DNA from: Eledone cirrhosa
Taxonomy: Eukaryota
NCBI GenBank assembly: GCA_964016885.1
Contig: OZ024744.1
Location: forward strand, 47,864,001 to 47,928,000
Direction of reading: 5' to 3'
DNA length: 64,000 bases
In this document: one piece after another, positions 44,500 to 59,359 of the stretch
Layout: every line of letters starts with the position of its first letter
Position numbering within the stretch: the stretch's first letter is position 1
The notes under the pieces: model-generated
What the model was told of the DNA's origin: nothing
Database searches by the model: none
The model's input: only the letters and a program-made list of their open reading frames with translations
Translations under genes and position numbers: made by a program

Positions 44500-47400
44500 C
44501 ACATTAGACTATCAAGACCAGAACACCAACCACATCGCATTAGAATATCAAGACCAGAACACCAACCACATCACATTAGACTATCAAGACCTGAACACCA
44601 ACCACATCACATTAGACTATCAACACCAGAACACCAACAACATCACATTAGACTATCAAGACCAGAACACCAACCACATTAGACTATCAAGAGCATAACA
44701 CCAGCAACATTAGACTATCAAGACCATAACACCAACCACATTAGACTATCAAGAACAGAACACCAACCACATTAGACTATCAAGACCAGAACACCAACAA
44801 CAATAGACTATCAAGACCAGAACACCAACCACATTAGACTAACAAGAACAGAACACCAACCACATTAGACTATCAAGACCAGAACACCAACCACATTAGA
44901 CTATCAAGAACAGAACACCAACCACATTAGACTATCAAGAACAGAACACCAACCACATTAGACTATCAAGACCAGAACAACAACCACATTAGACTATCAA
45001 GACCAGAACACCCACCACATCACATTAGACTATCAAGACCAGAACACCAACCACATTAGACTATCAAGACCAGAACACCAACCACATCACATTAGACTAT
45101 CAAGACCAGAACACCAACCACATCACATTAGACTATCAAGACCTGAACACCAACCACATCACATTAGACTATCAAGACCAGAACACCAACAACATCACAT
45201 TAGACTATCAAGACCAGAACACCAACCACATTAGACTATCAAGAACAGAACACCAACAACATTAGACTATCAAGACCATACCACCAACCACATTAGACTA
45301 TCAAGAACAGAACACCAACCACATTAGACTATCAAGACCAGAACACCAACAACAATAGACTATCAAGACCAGAACACCAACCACATTAGACTATCAAGAA
45401 CAGAACACCAACCACATTAGACTATCAAGACAAGAACACCAACCACATTAGACTATCAAGAACAGAACACCAACCACATTAGACTATCAAGAACAGAACA
45501 CCAACCACATTAGACTATCAAGACCAGAACACCAACCACATCACATTAGCCTATCAAGAACAGAACACCAACCACATTAGACTATCAAGACCAGAACACC
45601 AACCACATTAGACTATCAAAACCAGAACACCAACCACATCACATTAGACTATCAAGACCAGAACACCAACCACATTAGACTATCAAGACCAGAACACCAA
45701 CCACATCACATTAGAATATCCAGACCAGAACACCAACCATATCACATTAGACTATCAAGACCTGAACACCAACCACATCACATTAGACTATCAAGACCAG
45801 AACACCAACAACATCACATTAGAATATCAAGACCAGAACACCAACCACATTAGACTATCAAGAACATAACACCAACAACATTAGACTATCAAGAACATAA
45901 CACCAACCACATTAGACTATCAAGAACAGAACACCAACCACATTAGACTATCAAGAACAGAACACCAACCACATTAGACTATCAAGACCAGAACACCAAC
46001 AACATCACATTAGACTATCAAGAACAGAACACCAACCACATTAGACTATCAAGACCAGAACACCAACCACATCACATTAGACTATCAAGACCAGAACACC
46101 AACCACATCACATTAGACTATCAAGACCTGAACACCAACCACATCACATTAGACTATCAAGACCAGAACACCAACAACATCACATTAGACTATCAAGACC
46201 AGAACACCAACCACATTAGACTATCAAGAACAGAACACCAACAACATTAGACTATCAAGACCATAACACCAACCACATTAGACTATCAAGAACAGAACAC
46301 CAACCACATTAGACTATCAAGACCAGAACACCAACAACAATAGACTATCAAGACCAGAACACCAACCACATTAGACTATCAAGAACAGAACACCAACCAC
46401 ATTAGACTATCAAGACCAGACCACCAACCACATTAGACTATCAAGAACAGAATACCAACCACATTAGACTATCAAGAACAGAACACCAACCACATTAGAC
46501 TATCAAGACCAGAACACCAACCACATCACATTAGCCTATCAAGAACAGAACACCAACCACATTAGACTATCAAGACCAGAACACCAACCACATTAGACTA
46601 TCAAAACCAGAACACCAACCACATCACATTAGACTATCAAGACCAGAACACCACCCACATTAGACTATCAAGACCAGAACACCAACCACATCACATTAGA
46701 ATATCAAGACCAGAACACCAACCATATCACATTAGACTATCAAGACCTGAACTCCAACCACATTAGACTATCAAGACCAGAACTCCAACCACATTAGACT
46801 ATCAAGAGAAGAACACCAACCACATCACATTAGACTATCAAGACCAGAACTCCAACCACATTAGACTATCAAGACCAGAACACCAACAACATTAGACTAT
46901 CAACACCAGAACACCAACCACATTAGACTATCAAGACCAGAACTCCAACCACATTAGACTATCAAGACCAGAACACCAACCACATTAGACTATCAAGACC
47001 AGAACACCAACCACATCACATTTGACTATCAAGACCAGAACACCAACCACATCACATTAGACTATCAAGACCAGAAAACCAACCACATCACATTAGACTA
47101 TCAAGACCAGAACACCAACAACATCACATTAGACTATCAAAACCAGAACACCAACCACATTAGACTATCAAGACCAGAACACCAACCACATCACATTAGA
47201 CTATCAAGACCAGAACACCAACCACATTATACTATCAAGACCAGAACACCAACCACATTAGACTATCAAGACCAGAACACCAACCACATCACATTAGACT
47301 ATCAAGACCAGAACACCAACCACATTAGACTATCAAGACCAGAACACCAACCACATTAGACTATCAAGACCAGAACACCAACCACATTAGACTATCAAGA

Positions 47401-50400
47401 CCAGAACACCAACCACATCACATTAGACTATCAAGACCAGAACACCAACCACATTAGACTATCAAGACCAGAACACCAACCACATTAGACTATCAAGACC
47501 AGAACACCAACCACATTAGACTATCAAGACCAGAACACCAACCACATCACATTAGACTATCAAGACCAGAACACCAACCACATTAGACTATCAAGACCAG
47601 AACACCAACCACATTAGACTATCAAGACCAGAACACCAACCACATCACATTAGACTATCAAGACCAGAACACCAACCACATTAGACTATCAAGACCAGAA
47701 CACCAACCACATTAGACTATCAAGACCATAACACCAACCACATCACATCAGACTATCAAGAGCAGAACACCAACCACATTAGACTATCAAGACCAGAACA
47801 CCAACCACATTAGACAATCAAGAACAGAACTCCAACCACATTACAATATCAAGACCAGAACACCAACCACATCACATTAGACTATCAAGACCAGAACACC
47901 AACCACATCACATTAGACTATCAAGACCAGAACACCAACCACATTAGACTATCATGACCAGAACACCAACCACATTAGACTATCAAGACCATAACACCAA
48001 CCACATCACATCAGACTATCAAGAGCAGAACACCAACCACATCACATTAGACTATCAAGACCAGAACACCAACCACATCACATTAGACTATCAAGACCAG
48101 AACACCAACCACATCACATTAGACTATCAAGACCTGAACACCAACCACATCACATTAGACTATCAAGACCTGAACACCAACCACATTAGACTATCAAGAC
48201 CAGAACACCAACCACATTAGACTATCAAGACCAGAACACCAACCACATTAGACTATCAAGACCAGAACACCAACCACATTAGACTATCAAGACCAGAACA
48301 CCAACCACATTAGACTATCAGGACCAGAACACCAACCACATCACATAAGACTATCAAGACCAGAACATAAACCACATCACATTAGACTATCAAGACCAGA
48401 ACACCAACCACATCACATTAGACTATCAAGACCAGAACACCAACCACATCACATTAGACTATCAAGACCTGAACACCAACCACATCACATTAGACTATCA
48501 AGACCAGAACACCAACAACATCACATTAGACTATCAAGACCAGAACACCAACCACATTAGACTATCAAGAACAGAACACCAACAACATTAGACTATCAAG
48601 ACCATAACACCAACCACATTAGACTATCAAGAACAGAACACCAACCACATTAGACTATCAAGACCAGAACACCAACAACAATAGACTATCAAGACCAGAA
48701 CACCAACCACATTAGACTATCAAGAACAGAACACCAACCACATTAGACTATCAAGACAAGAACACCAACCACATTAGACTATCAAGAACAGAACACCAAC
48801 CACATTAGACTATCAAGAACAGAACACCAACCACATTAGACTATCAAGACCAGAACACCAACCACATCACATTAGCCTATCAAGAACAGAACACCAACCA
48901 CATTAGACTATCAAGACCAGAACACCAACCACATTAGACTATCAAAACCAGAACACCAACCACATCACATTAGACTATCAAGACCAGAACACCAACCACA
49001 TTAGACTATCAAGACCAGAACACCAACCACATCACATTAGAATATCCAGACCAGAACACCAACCATATCACATTAGACTATCAAGACCTGAACACCAACA
49101 ACATCACATTAGACTATCAAGACCAGAACACCAACAACATCACATTAGACTATCAAGACCAGAACACCAACCACATTAGACTATCAAGAACATAACACCA
49201 ACAACATTAGACTATCAAGAACATAACACCAACCACATTAGACTATCAAGAACAGAACACCAACCACATTAGACTATCAAGAACAGAATACCAACCACAT
49301 TAGACTATCAAGACCAGAACACCAACAACATCACATTAGCCTATCAAGAACAGAACACCAACCACATTAGACTATCAAGACCAGAACACCAACCACATTA
49401 GACTATCAAGACCAGAACACCAACCACATCACATTAGACTATCAAGACCAGAACACCAACCACAATAGACTATCAAGACCAGAACACCAACCACATCACA
49501 TTAGAATATCAAGACCAGAACACCAATCACATCACATTAGACTATCAAGACCTGAACACCAACCACATCACATTAGACTATCAACACCAGAACACCAACA
49601 ACATCACATTAGACTATCAAGACCAGAACACCAACCACATTAGACTATCAAGAACATAACACCAGCAACATTAGACTATCAAGACCATAACACCAACCAC
49701 ATTAGACTATCAAGAACAGAACACCAACCACATTAGACTATCAAGACCAGAACACCAACAACAATAGACTATCAAGACCCGAACACCAACCACATTAGAC
49801 TATCAAGAACAGAACACCAACCATATTAGACTATCAAGACCAGAACACCAACCACATTAGACTATCAAGAACAGAACACCAACCACATTAGACTATCAAG
49901 AACAGAACACCAACCACATTAGACTATCAAGACCAGAACAACAACCACATTAGACTATCAAGACCAGAACACCAACCACATCACATTAGACTATCAAGAC
50001 CAGAACACCAACCACATTAGACTATCAAGACCAGAACACCAGCCACATCACATTAGACTATCAAGACCAGAACACCAACCACATCACATTAGACTATCAA
50101 GACCTGAACACCAACCACATCACATTAGACTATCAAGACCAGAACACCAACAACATCACATTAGACTATCAAGACCAGAACACCAACCACATTAGACTAT
50201 CAAGAACAGAACACCAACAACATTAGACTATCAAGACCATAACACCAACCACATTAGACTATCAAGAACAGAACACCAACCACATTAGACTATCAAGACC
50301 AGAACACCAACAACAATAGACTATCAAGACCAGAACACCAACCACATTAGACTATCAAGAACAGAACACCAACCACATTAGACTATCAAGACCAGACCAC

Positions 50401-53400
50401 CAACCACATTAGACTATCAAGAACAGAATACCAACCACATTAGACTATCAAGAACAGAACACCAACCACATTAGACTATCAAGACCAGAACACCAACCAC
50501 ATCACATTAGCCTATCAAGAACAGAACACCAACCACATTAGACTATCAAGACCAGAACACCAACCACATTAGACTATCAAAACCAGAACACCAACCACAT
50601 CACATTAGACTATCAAGACCAGAACACCACCCACATTAGACTATCAAGACCAGAACACCAACCACATCACATTAGAATATCAAGACCAGAACACCAACCA
50701 TATCACATTAGACTATCAAGACCTGAATACCAACCACATCACATTAGACTATCAAGACCAGAACACCAACAACATCACATTAGACTATCAAGACCAGAAC
50801 ACAAACCACATTAGACTATCAAGAACATAACACCAACAACATTAGACTATCAAGACCATAACACCCACCACATTAGACTATCAAGAACAGAATACCAACC
50901 ACATTAGACTATCAAGACCAGAACACCAACAACAATAGACTATCAAGACCAGAACACCAACCACATTAGACTATCAAGAACAGAACACCAACCACATTAG
51001 ACTATCAAGACCAGAACACCAACCACATTAGACTATCAAGAACAGAACACCAACCACACTAGACTATCAAGAACAGAACACCAACCACATTAGTCTATCA
51101 AGACCAGAACACCAACCACATCACATTAGCCTATCAAGAACAGAACACCAACCACATTAGACTATCAAGACCAGAACACCAACCACATTAGACTATCAAG
51201 ACAAGAACACCAACCACATCACATTAGACTATCAAGACCAGAACACCAACCACATCAGATTAGACTATCCTGACCAGAACACCAACCACATTAGACTATC
51301 AAGAACAGAACTCCAACCACATTACACTATCAAGACCAGAACTCCAACCACATCACATTAGACTATCAAGACCAGAACACCAACCACATCACATTAGACT
51401 ATCAAGACCAGAACACCAACCACATTAGACTATCATGACCAGAACACCAACCACATTAGACTATCAAGACCATAACACCAACCACATCACATCAGACTAT
51501 CAAGAGCAGAACACCAACCACATTAGACTATCAAGACCAGAACACCAACCACATTAGACTATCAAGACCAGAACACCAACCACATTAGACTATCAAGACC
51601 AGAACACCAACCACATTAGACTATCAAGACCAGAACACCAACCACATTAGACTATCAAGACCAGAACACCAACCACATTAGACTATCAAGACCAGAACAC
51701 CAACCACATTAGACTATCAAGACCAGAACACCAACCACATTAGACTATCAAGACCAGAACACCAACCACATCACATAAGACTATCAAGACCAGAACATAA
51801 ACCACATCACATTAGACTATCAAGACCAGAACACCAACCACATCACATTAGACTATCAAGACCAGAACACCAACCACATCACATTAGACTATCAAGACCT
51901 GAACACCAACCACATCACATTAGACTATCAAGACCAGAACACCAACAACATCACATTAGACTATCAATACCAGAACACCAACCACATTAGACTATCAAGA
52001 ACAGAACACCAACAACATTAGACTATCAAGACCATAACACCAACCACAGTAGACTATCAAGAACAGAACACCAACCACATTAGACTATCAAGACCAGAAC
52101 ACCAACAACAATAGACTATCAAGACCAGAACACCAACCACATTAGACTATCAAGAACAGAACACCAACCACATTAGACTATCAAGACAAGAACACCAACC
52201 ACATTAGAGTATCAAGAACAGAACACCAACCACATTAGACTATCAAGAACAGAACACCAACCACATTAGACTATCAAGACCAGAACACCAACCACATCAC
52301 ATTAGCCTATCAAGAACAGAACACCAACCACATTAGACTATCAAGACCAGAACTCCAACCACATTAGACTATCAAAACCAGAACACCAACCACATCACAT
52401 TAGACTATCAAGACCAGAACACCAACCACATTAGACTATCAAGACCAGAACACCAACCACATCACATTAGAATATCCAGACCAGAACACCAACCATATCA
52501 CATTAGACTATCAAGATCTGAACACCAACCACATCACATTAGAATACCAAGACCAGAACACCAACAACATCACATTAGACTATCAAGACCAGAACACCAA
52601 CCACATTAGACTATCAAGAACATAACACCAACAACATTAGACTATCAAGACCAGAACACCAACAACATTAGACTATCAAGACCAGAACACCAACCACATT
52701 AGACTATCAAGAACAGAAGACCAACCACATTAGACTATCAAGAACAGAACACCAACCACATTAGACTATCAAGACCAGAACATCAACAACATCACATTAG
52801 CCTATCAAGAACACCAACCACATTAGACTATCAAGACCAGAACACCAACCACATTAGACTATCAAGACCAGAACACCAACCACATCACATTAGACTATCA
52901 AGACCAGAACACCAACCACATTAGACTATCAAGACCAGAACACCAACCACATCACATTAGAATATCAAGACCAGAACACCAACCACATCACATTAGACTA
53001 TCAAGACCTCAACACCAACCACATCACATTAGACTATCAACACCAGAACACCAACAACATCACATTAGACTATCAAGACCAGAACACCAACCACATTAGA
53101 CTATCAAGAGCATAACACCAGCAACATTAGACTATCAAGACCATAACACCAACCACATTAGACTATCAAGAACAGAACACCAACCACATTAGACTATCAA
53201 GACCAGAACACCAACAACAATAGACTATCAAGACCAGAACACCAACCACATTAGACTGACAAGAACAGAACACCAACCACATTAGACTATCAAGACCAGA
53301 ACACCAACCACATTAGACTATCAAGAACAGAACACCAACCACATTAGACTATCAAGAACAGAACACCAACCACATTAGACTATCAAGACCAGAACAACAA

Positions 53401-54450
53401 CCACATTAGACTATCAAGACCAGAACACCCACCACATCACATTAGACTATCAAGACCAGAACACCAACCACATTAGACTATCAAGACCAGAACACCAACC
53501 ACATCACATTAGACTATCAAGACCAGAACACCAACCACATCACATTAGACTATCAAGACCTGAACACCAACCACATCACATTAGACTATCAAGACCAGAA
53601 CACCAAAAACATCACATTAGACTATCAAGACCAGAACACCAACCACATTAGACTATCAAGAACAGAACACCAACAACATTAGACTATCAAGACCATACCA
53701 CCAACCACATTAGACTATCAAGAACAGAACACCAACCACATTAGACTATCAAGACCAGAACACCAACAACAATAGACTATCAAGACCAGAACACCAACCA
53801 CATTAGACTATCAAGAACAGAACACCAACCACATTAGACTATCAAGACAAGAACACCAACCACATTAAACTATCAAGAACAGAACACCAACCACATTAGA
53901 CTATCAAGAACAGAACACCAACCACATTAGACTATCAAGACCAGAACACCAACCACATCACATTAGCCTATCAAGAACAGAACACCAACCACATTAGACT
54001 ATCAAGACCAGAACACCAACCACATTAGACTATCAAAACCAGAACACCAACCACATCACATTAGACTATCAAGACCAGAACACCAACCACATTAGACTAT
54101 CAAGACCAGAACACCAACCACATCACATTAGAATATCCAGACCAGAACACCAACCATATCACATTAGACTATCAAGACCTGAACACCAACCACATCACAT
54201 TAGACTATCAAGACCAGAACACCAACAACATCACATTAGAATATCAAGACCAGAACACCAACCACATTAGACTATCAAGAACATAACACCAACAACATTA
54301 GACTATCAAGAACATAACACCAACCACATTAGACTATCAAGAACAGAACACCAACCACATTAGACTATCAAGAACAGAACACCAACCACATTAGACTATC
54401 AAGACCAGAACACCAACAACATCACATTAGACTATCAAGAACAGAACACC
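44500..54450. repeat. Block duplication: ~44.5-46.05 kb recurs at ~52.9-54.45 kb (offset 8,417 bp)
   Basis: GAGCATAAC 44691/53108 and the CCACC of CATACCACC 45281/53698. Both copies also share the ACT(A/G)ACAAG and CACCCACCAC variants. Confidence 0.8.
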
Positions 54451-55789
54451 AACCACATTAGACTATCAAGACCAGAATACCAACCACATTAGACTATCAA
54501 GACCAGAACACCAACCACATCACATTAGACTATCAAGACCAGAACACCAACCACATTAGACTATCAAGACCAGAACACCAACCACATCACATTAGAATAT
54601 CAAGACCAGAACACCAACCACATCACATTAGACTATCAAGACCTGAACACCAACCACATCACATTAGACTATCAACACCAGAACACCAACAACATCACAT
54701 TAGACTATCAAGACCAGAACACCAACCACATTAGACTATCAAGAACATAACACCAGCAACATTAGACTATCAAGACCATAACACCAACCACATTAGACTA
54801 TCAAGAACAGAACACCAACCACATTAGACTATCAAGACCAGAACACCAACAACAATAGACTATCAAGACCAGAACACCAACCACATTAGACTATCAAGAA
54901 CAGAACACCAACCATATTAGACTATCAAGACCAGAACACCAACCACATTAGACTATCAAGAACAGAACACCAACCACATTAGACTATCAAGAACAGAACA
55001 CCAACCACATTAGACTATCAAGACCAGAACAACAACCACATTAGACTATCAAGACCAGAACACCAACCACATCACATTAGACTATCAAGACCAGAACACC
55101 AACCACATTAGACTATCAAGACCAGAACACCAACCACATCACATTAGACTATCAAAACCAGAACACCAACCACATCACATTAGACTATCAAGACCTGAAC
55201 ACCAACCACATCACATTAGACTATCAAGACCAGAACACCAACAACATCACATTAGACTATCAAGACCAGAACACCAACCACATTAGACTATCAAGAACAG
55301 AACACCAACAACATTAGACTATCAAGACCATAACACCAACCACATTAGACTATCAAGAACAGAACACCAACCACATTAGACTATCAAGACCAGAACACCA
55401 ACAACAATAGACTATCAAGACCAGAACACCAACCACATTAGACTATCAAGAACAGAACACCAACCACATTAGACTATCAAGACCAGACCACCAACCACAT
55501 TAGACTATCAAGAACAGAATACCAACCACATTAGACTATCAAGAACAGAACACCAACCACATTAGACTATCAAGACCAGAACACCAACCACATCACATTA
55601 GCCTATCAAGAACAGAACACCAACCACATTAGACTATCAAGACCAGAACACCAACCACATTAGACTATCAAAACCAGAACACCAACCACATCACATTAGA
55701 CTATCAAGACCAGAACACCACCCACATTAGACTATCAAGACCAGAACACCAACCACATCACATTAGAATATCAAGACCAGAACACCAAC

Positions 55790-57380
55790 CATATCACATT
55801 AGACTATCAAGACCTGAACTCCAACCACATTAGACTATCAAGACCAGAACTCCAACCACATTAGACTATCAAGACCAGAACACCAACCACATTAGACTAT
55901 CAAGACCAGAACACCAACCACATCACATTTGACTATCAAGACCAGAACACCAACCACATCACATTAGACTATCAAGACCAGAAAACCAACCACATCACAT
56001 TAGACTATCAAGACCAGAACACCAACCACATCACATTAGTCTATCAAAACCAGAACACCAACCACATTAGACTATCAAGACCAGAACACCAACCACATCA
56101 CATTAGACTATCAAGACCAGAACACCAACCACATTATACTATCAAGACCAGAACACCAACCACATTAGACTATCAAGACCAGAACACCAACCACATCACA
56201 TTAGACTATCAAGACCAGAACACCAACCACATTAGACTATCAAGACCAGAACACCAACCACATTAGACTATCAAGACCAGAACACCAACCACATTAGACT
56301 ATCAAGACCAGAACACCAACCACATCACATTAGACTATCAAGACCAGAACACCAACCACATTAGACTATCAAGACCAGAACACCAACCACATTAGACTAT
56401 CAAGACCAGAACACCAACCACATTAGACTATCAAGACCAGAACACCAACCACATCACATTAGACTATCAAGACCAGAACACCAACCACATTAGACTATCA
56501 AGACCAGAACACCAACCACATTAGACTATCAAGACCAGAACACCAACCACATCACATTAGACTATCAAGACCAGAACACCAACCACATTAGACTATCAAG
56601 ACCAGAACACCAACCATATCACATTAGACTATCAAGACCTGAACTCCAACCACATTAGACTATCAAGACCAGAACTCCAACCACATTAGACTATCAAGAG
56701 AAGAACACCAACCACATCACATTAGACTATCAAGACCAGAACTCCAACCACATTAGACTATCAAGACCAGAACACCAACCACATTAGACTATCAAGACCA
56801 GAACTCCAACCACATTAGACTATCAAGACCAGAACACCAACCACATTAGACTATCAAGACCAGAACACCAACCACATCACATTTGACTATCAAGACCAGA
56901 ACACCAACCACATCACATTAGACTATCAAGACCAGAAAACCAACCACATCACATTAGACTATCAAGACCAGAACACCAACCACATCACATTAGTCTATCA
57001 AAACCAGAACACCAACCACATTAGACTATCAAGACCAGAACACCAACCACATCACATTAGACTATCAAGACCAGAACACCAACCACATTATACTATCAAG
57101 ACCAGAACACCAACCACATTAGACTATCAAGACCAGAACACCAACCACATCACATTAGACTATCAAGACCAGAACACCAACCACATTAGACTATCAAGAC
57201 CAGAACACCAACCACATTAGACTATCAAGACCAGAACACCAACCACATTAGACTATCAAGACCAGAACACCAACCACATCACATTAGACTATCAAGACCA
57301 GAACACCAACCACATTAGACTATCAAGACCAGAACACCAACCACATTAGACTATCAAGACCAGAACACCAACCACATCAC
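55790..57380. repeat. Local tandem duplication of ~0.8-0.95 kb
   Basis: CAAGACCTGAACTCC 55808/56633 (offset 825) and TTAGTCTATCAAAACC 56036/56990 (offset 954 = 825 + 3x31 + 36). Confidence 0.75.
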
Positions 57381-59359
57381 ATTAGACTATCAATACCAGA
57401 ACACCAACCACATTAGACTATCAAGACCAGAACACCAACCACATCACATTAGAATATCAAGACCAGAACACCAACCACATCACATTAGACTATCAGGACC
57501 TGAACACCAACCACATCACATTAGACTATCAACACCAGAACACCAACAACATCACATTAGACTATCAAGACCAGAACACCAACCACATTAGACTATCAAG
57601 AACATAACACCAGCAACATTAGACTGTCAAGACCATAACACCAACCACATTAGACTATCAAGAACAGAACACCAACCACATTAGACTATCAAGACCAGAA
57701 CACCAACCACATTAGACTATCAAGACCAGAACACCAACCACATCACATTAGACTATCAAGACCAGAACACCAACCACATCACATTAGACTATCAAGACCT
57801 GAACACCAACCACATCACATTAGACTATCAAGACCAGAACACCAACAACATCACATTAGACTATCAAGACCAGAACACCAACCACATTAGACTATCAAGA
57901 ACAGAACACCAACAACATTAGTCTATCAAGACCATAACACCAACCACATTAGACTATCAAGAACAGAACACCAACCACATTAGACTATCAAGACCAGAAC
58001 ACCAACAACAATAGACTATCAAGACCAGAACACCAACCACATTAGAGTATCAAGAACAGAACACCAACCACATTAGACTATCAAGACCAGAACACCAACC
58101 ACATTAGACTATCAAGAACAGAAAACCAACCACATTAGACTATCAAGAACAGAACACCAACCACATTAGACTATCAAGACCAGAACACCAACCACATCAC
58201 ATTAGCCTATCAAGAACAGAACACCAACCACATTAGACTATCAAGACCAGAACACCAACCACATTAGACTATCAAAACCAGAACACCAACCACATCACAT
58301 TAGACTATCAAGACCAGAACAGCACCCACATTAGACTATCAAGACCAGAACACCAACCACATCACATTAGAATATCAAGACCAGAACACCAACCATATCA
58401 CATTAGACTATCAAGACCTGAACACCAACCACATCACATTAGACTATCAAGACCAGAACACCAACAACATCACATTAGACTATCAAGACCAGAACACCAA
58501 CCACATTAGACTATCAAGAACATAACACCAACAACATTAGACTATCAAGACCATAACACCAACCACATTAGACTATCAAGAACAGAATACCAACCACATT
58601 AGACTATCAAGACCAGAACACCAACAACAAAAGACTATCAAGACCAGAACACCAACCACATTAGACTATCAAGAACAGAACACCAACCACATTAGACTAT
58701 CAAGACCAGAACACCAACCACATTAGACTATCAAGAACAGAACACCAACCACATTAGACTATCAAGAACAGAACACCAAACACATTAGACTATCAAGACC
58801 AGAACACCAACCACATCACATTAGCCTATCAAGAACAGGACACCAACCACATTAGACTATCAAGACCAGAACACCAACCACATTAGACTATCAAGACAAG
58901 AACACCAACCACATCACATTAGACTATCAAGACCAGAACACCAACCACATTAGACTATCAAGACCAGAACACCAACCACATCACATTAGAATATCAAAAC
59001 CAGAACACCAACCACATCACATTAGACTATCAAAACCTGAACACCAACCACATCACATTAGACTATCAAGACCAGAACACCAACAACATCACATTAGACT
59101 ATCAAGACCAGAACACCAACCACATTAGACTATCAAGAACAGAACACCAACAACATTAGACTATCAAGACCATAACACCAACCACATTAGACTATCAAGA
59201 ACAGAACACCAACCACATTAGACTATCAAGACCAGAACACCAACAACATTAGACTATCAAGACCAGAACACCAACCACATTAGACTATCAAGGACAGAAC
59301 ACCAACCATATTAGACTATCAAGACCAGAACACCAACCACATTAGACTATCAAGAACAG

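Noticed and set aside
47954-48220. 88-aa ORF (MTRTPTT-LDYQDQNTNHIT repeats) as a real CDS
   Set aside because: It is a translation of the satellite. 36-mers keep frame, each 31-mer shifts it, and the TAG in TTAGA ends it. The ATG is a recurrent satellite variant, there is no unique flanking sequence, and homologous copies lack the ORF.
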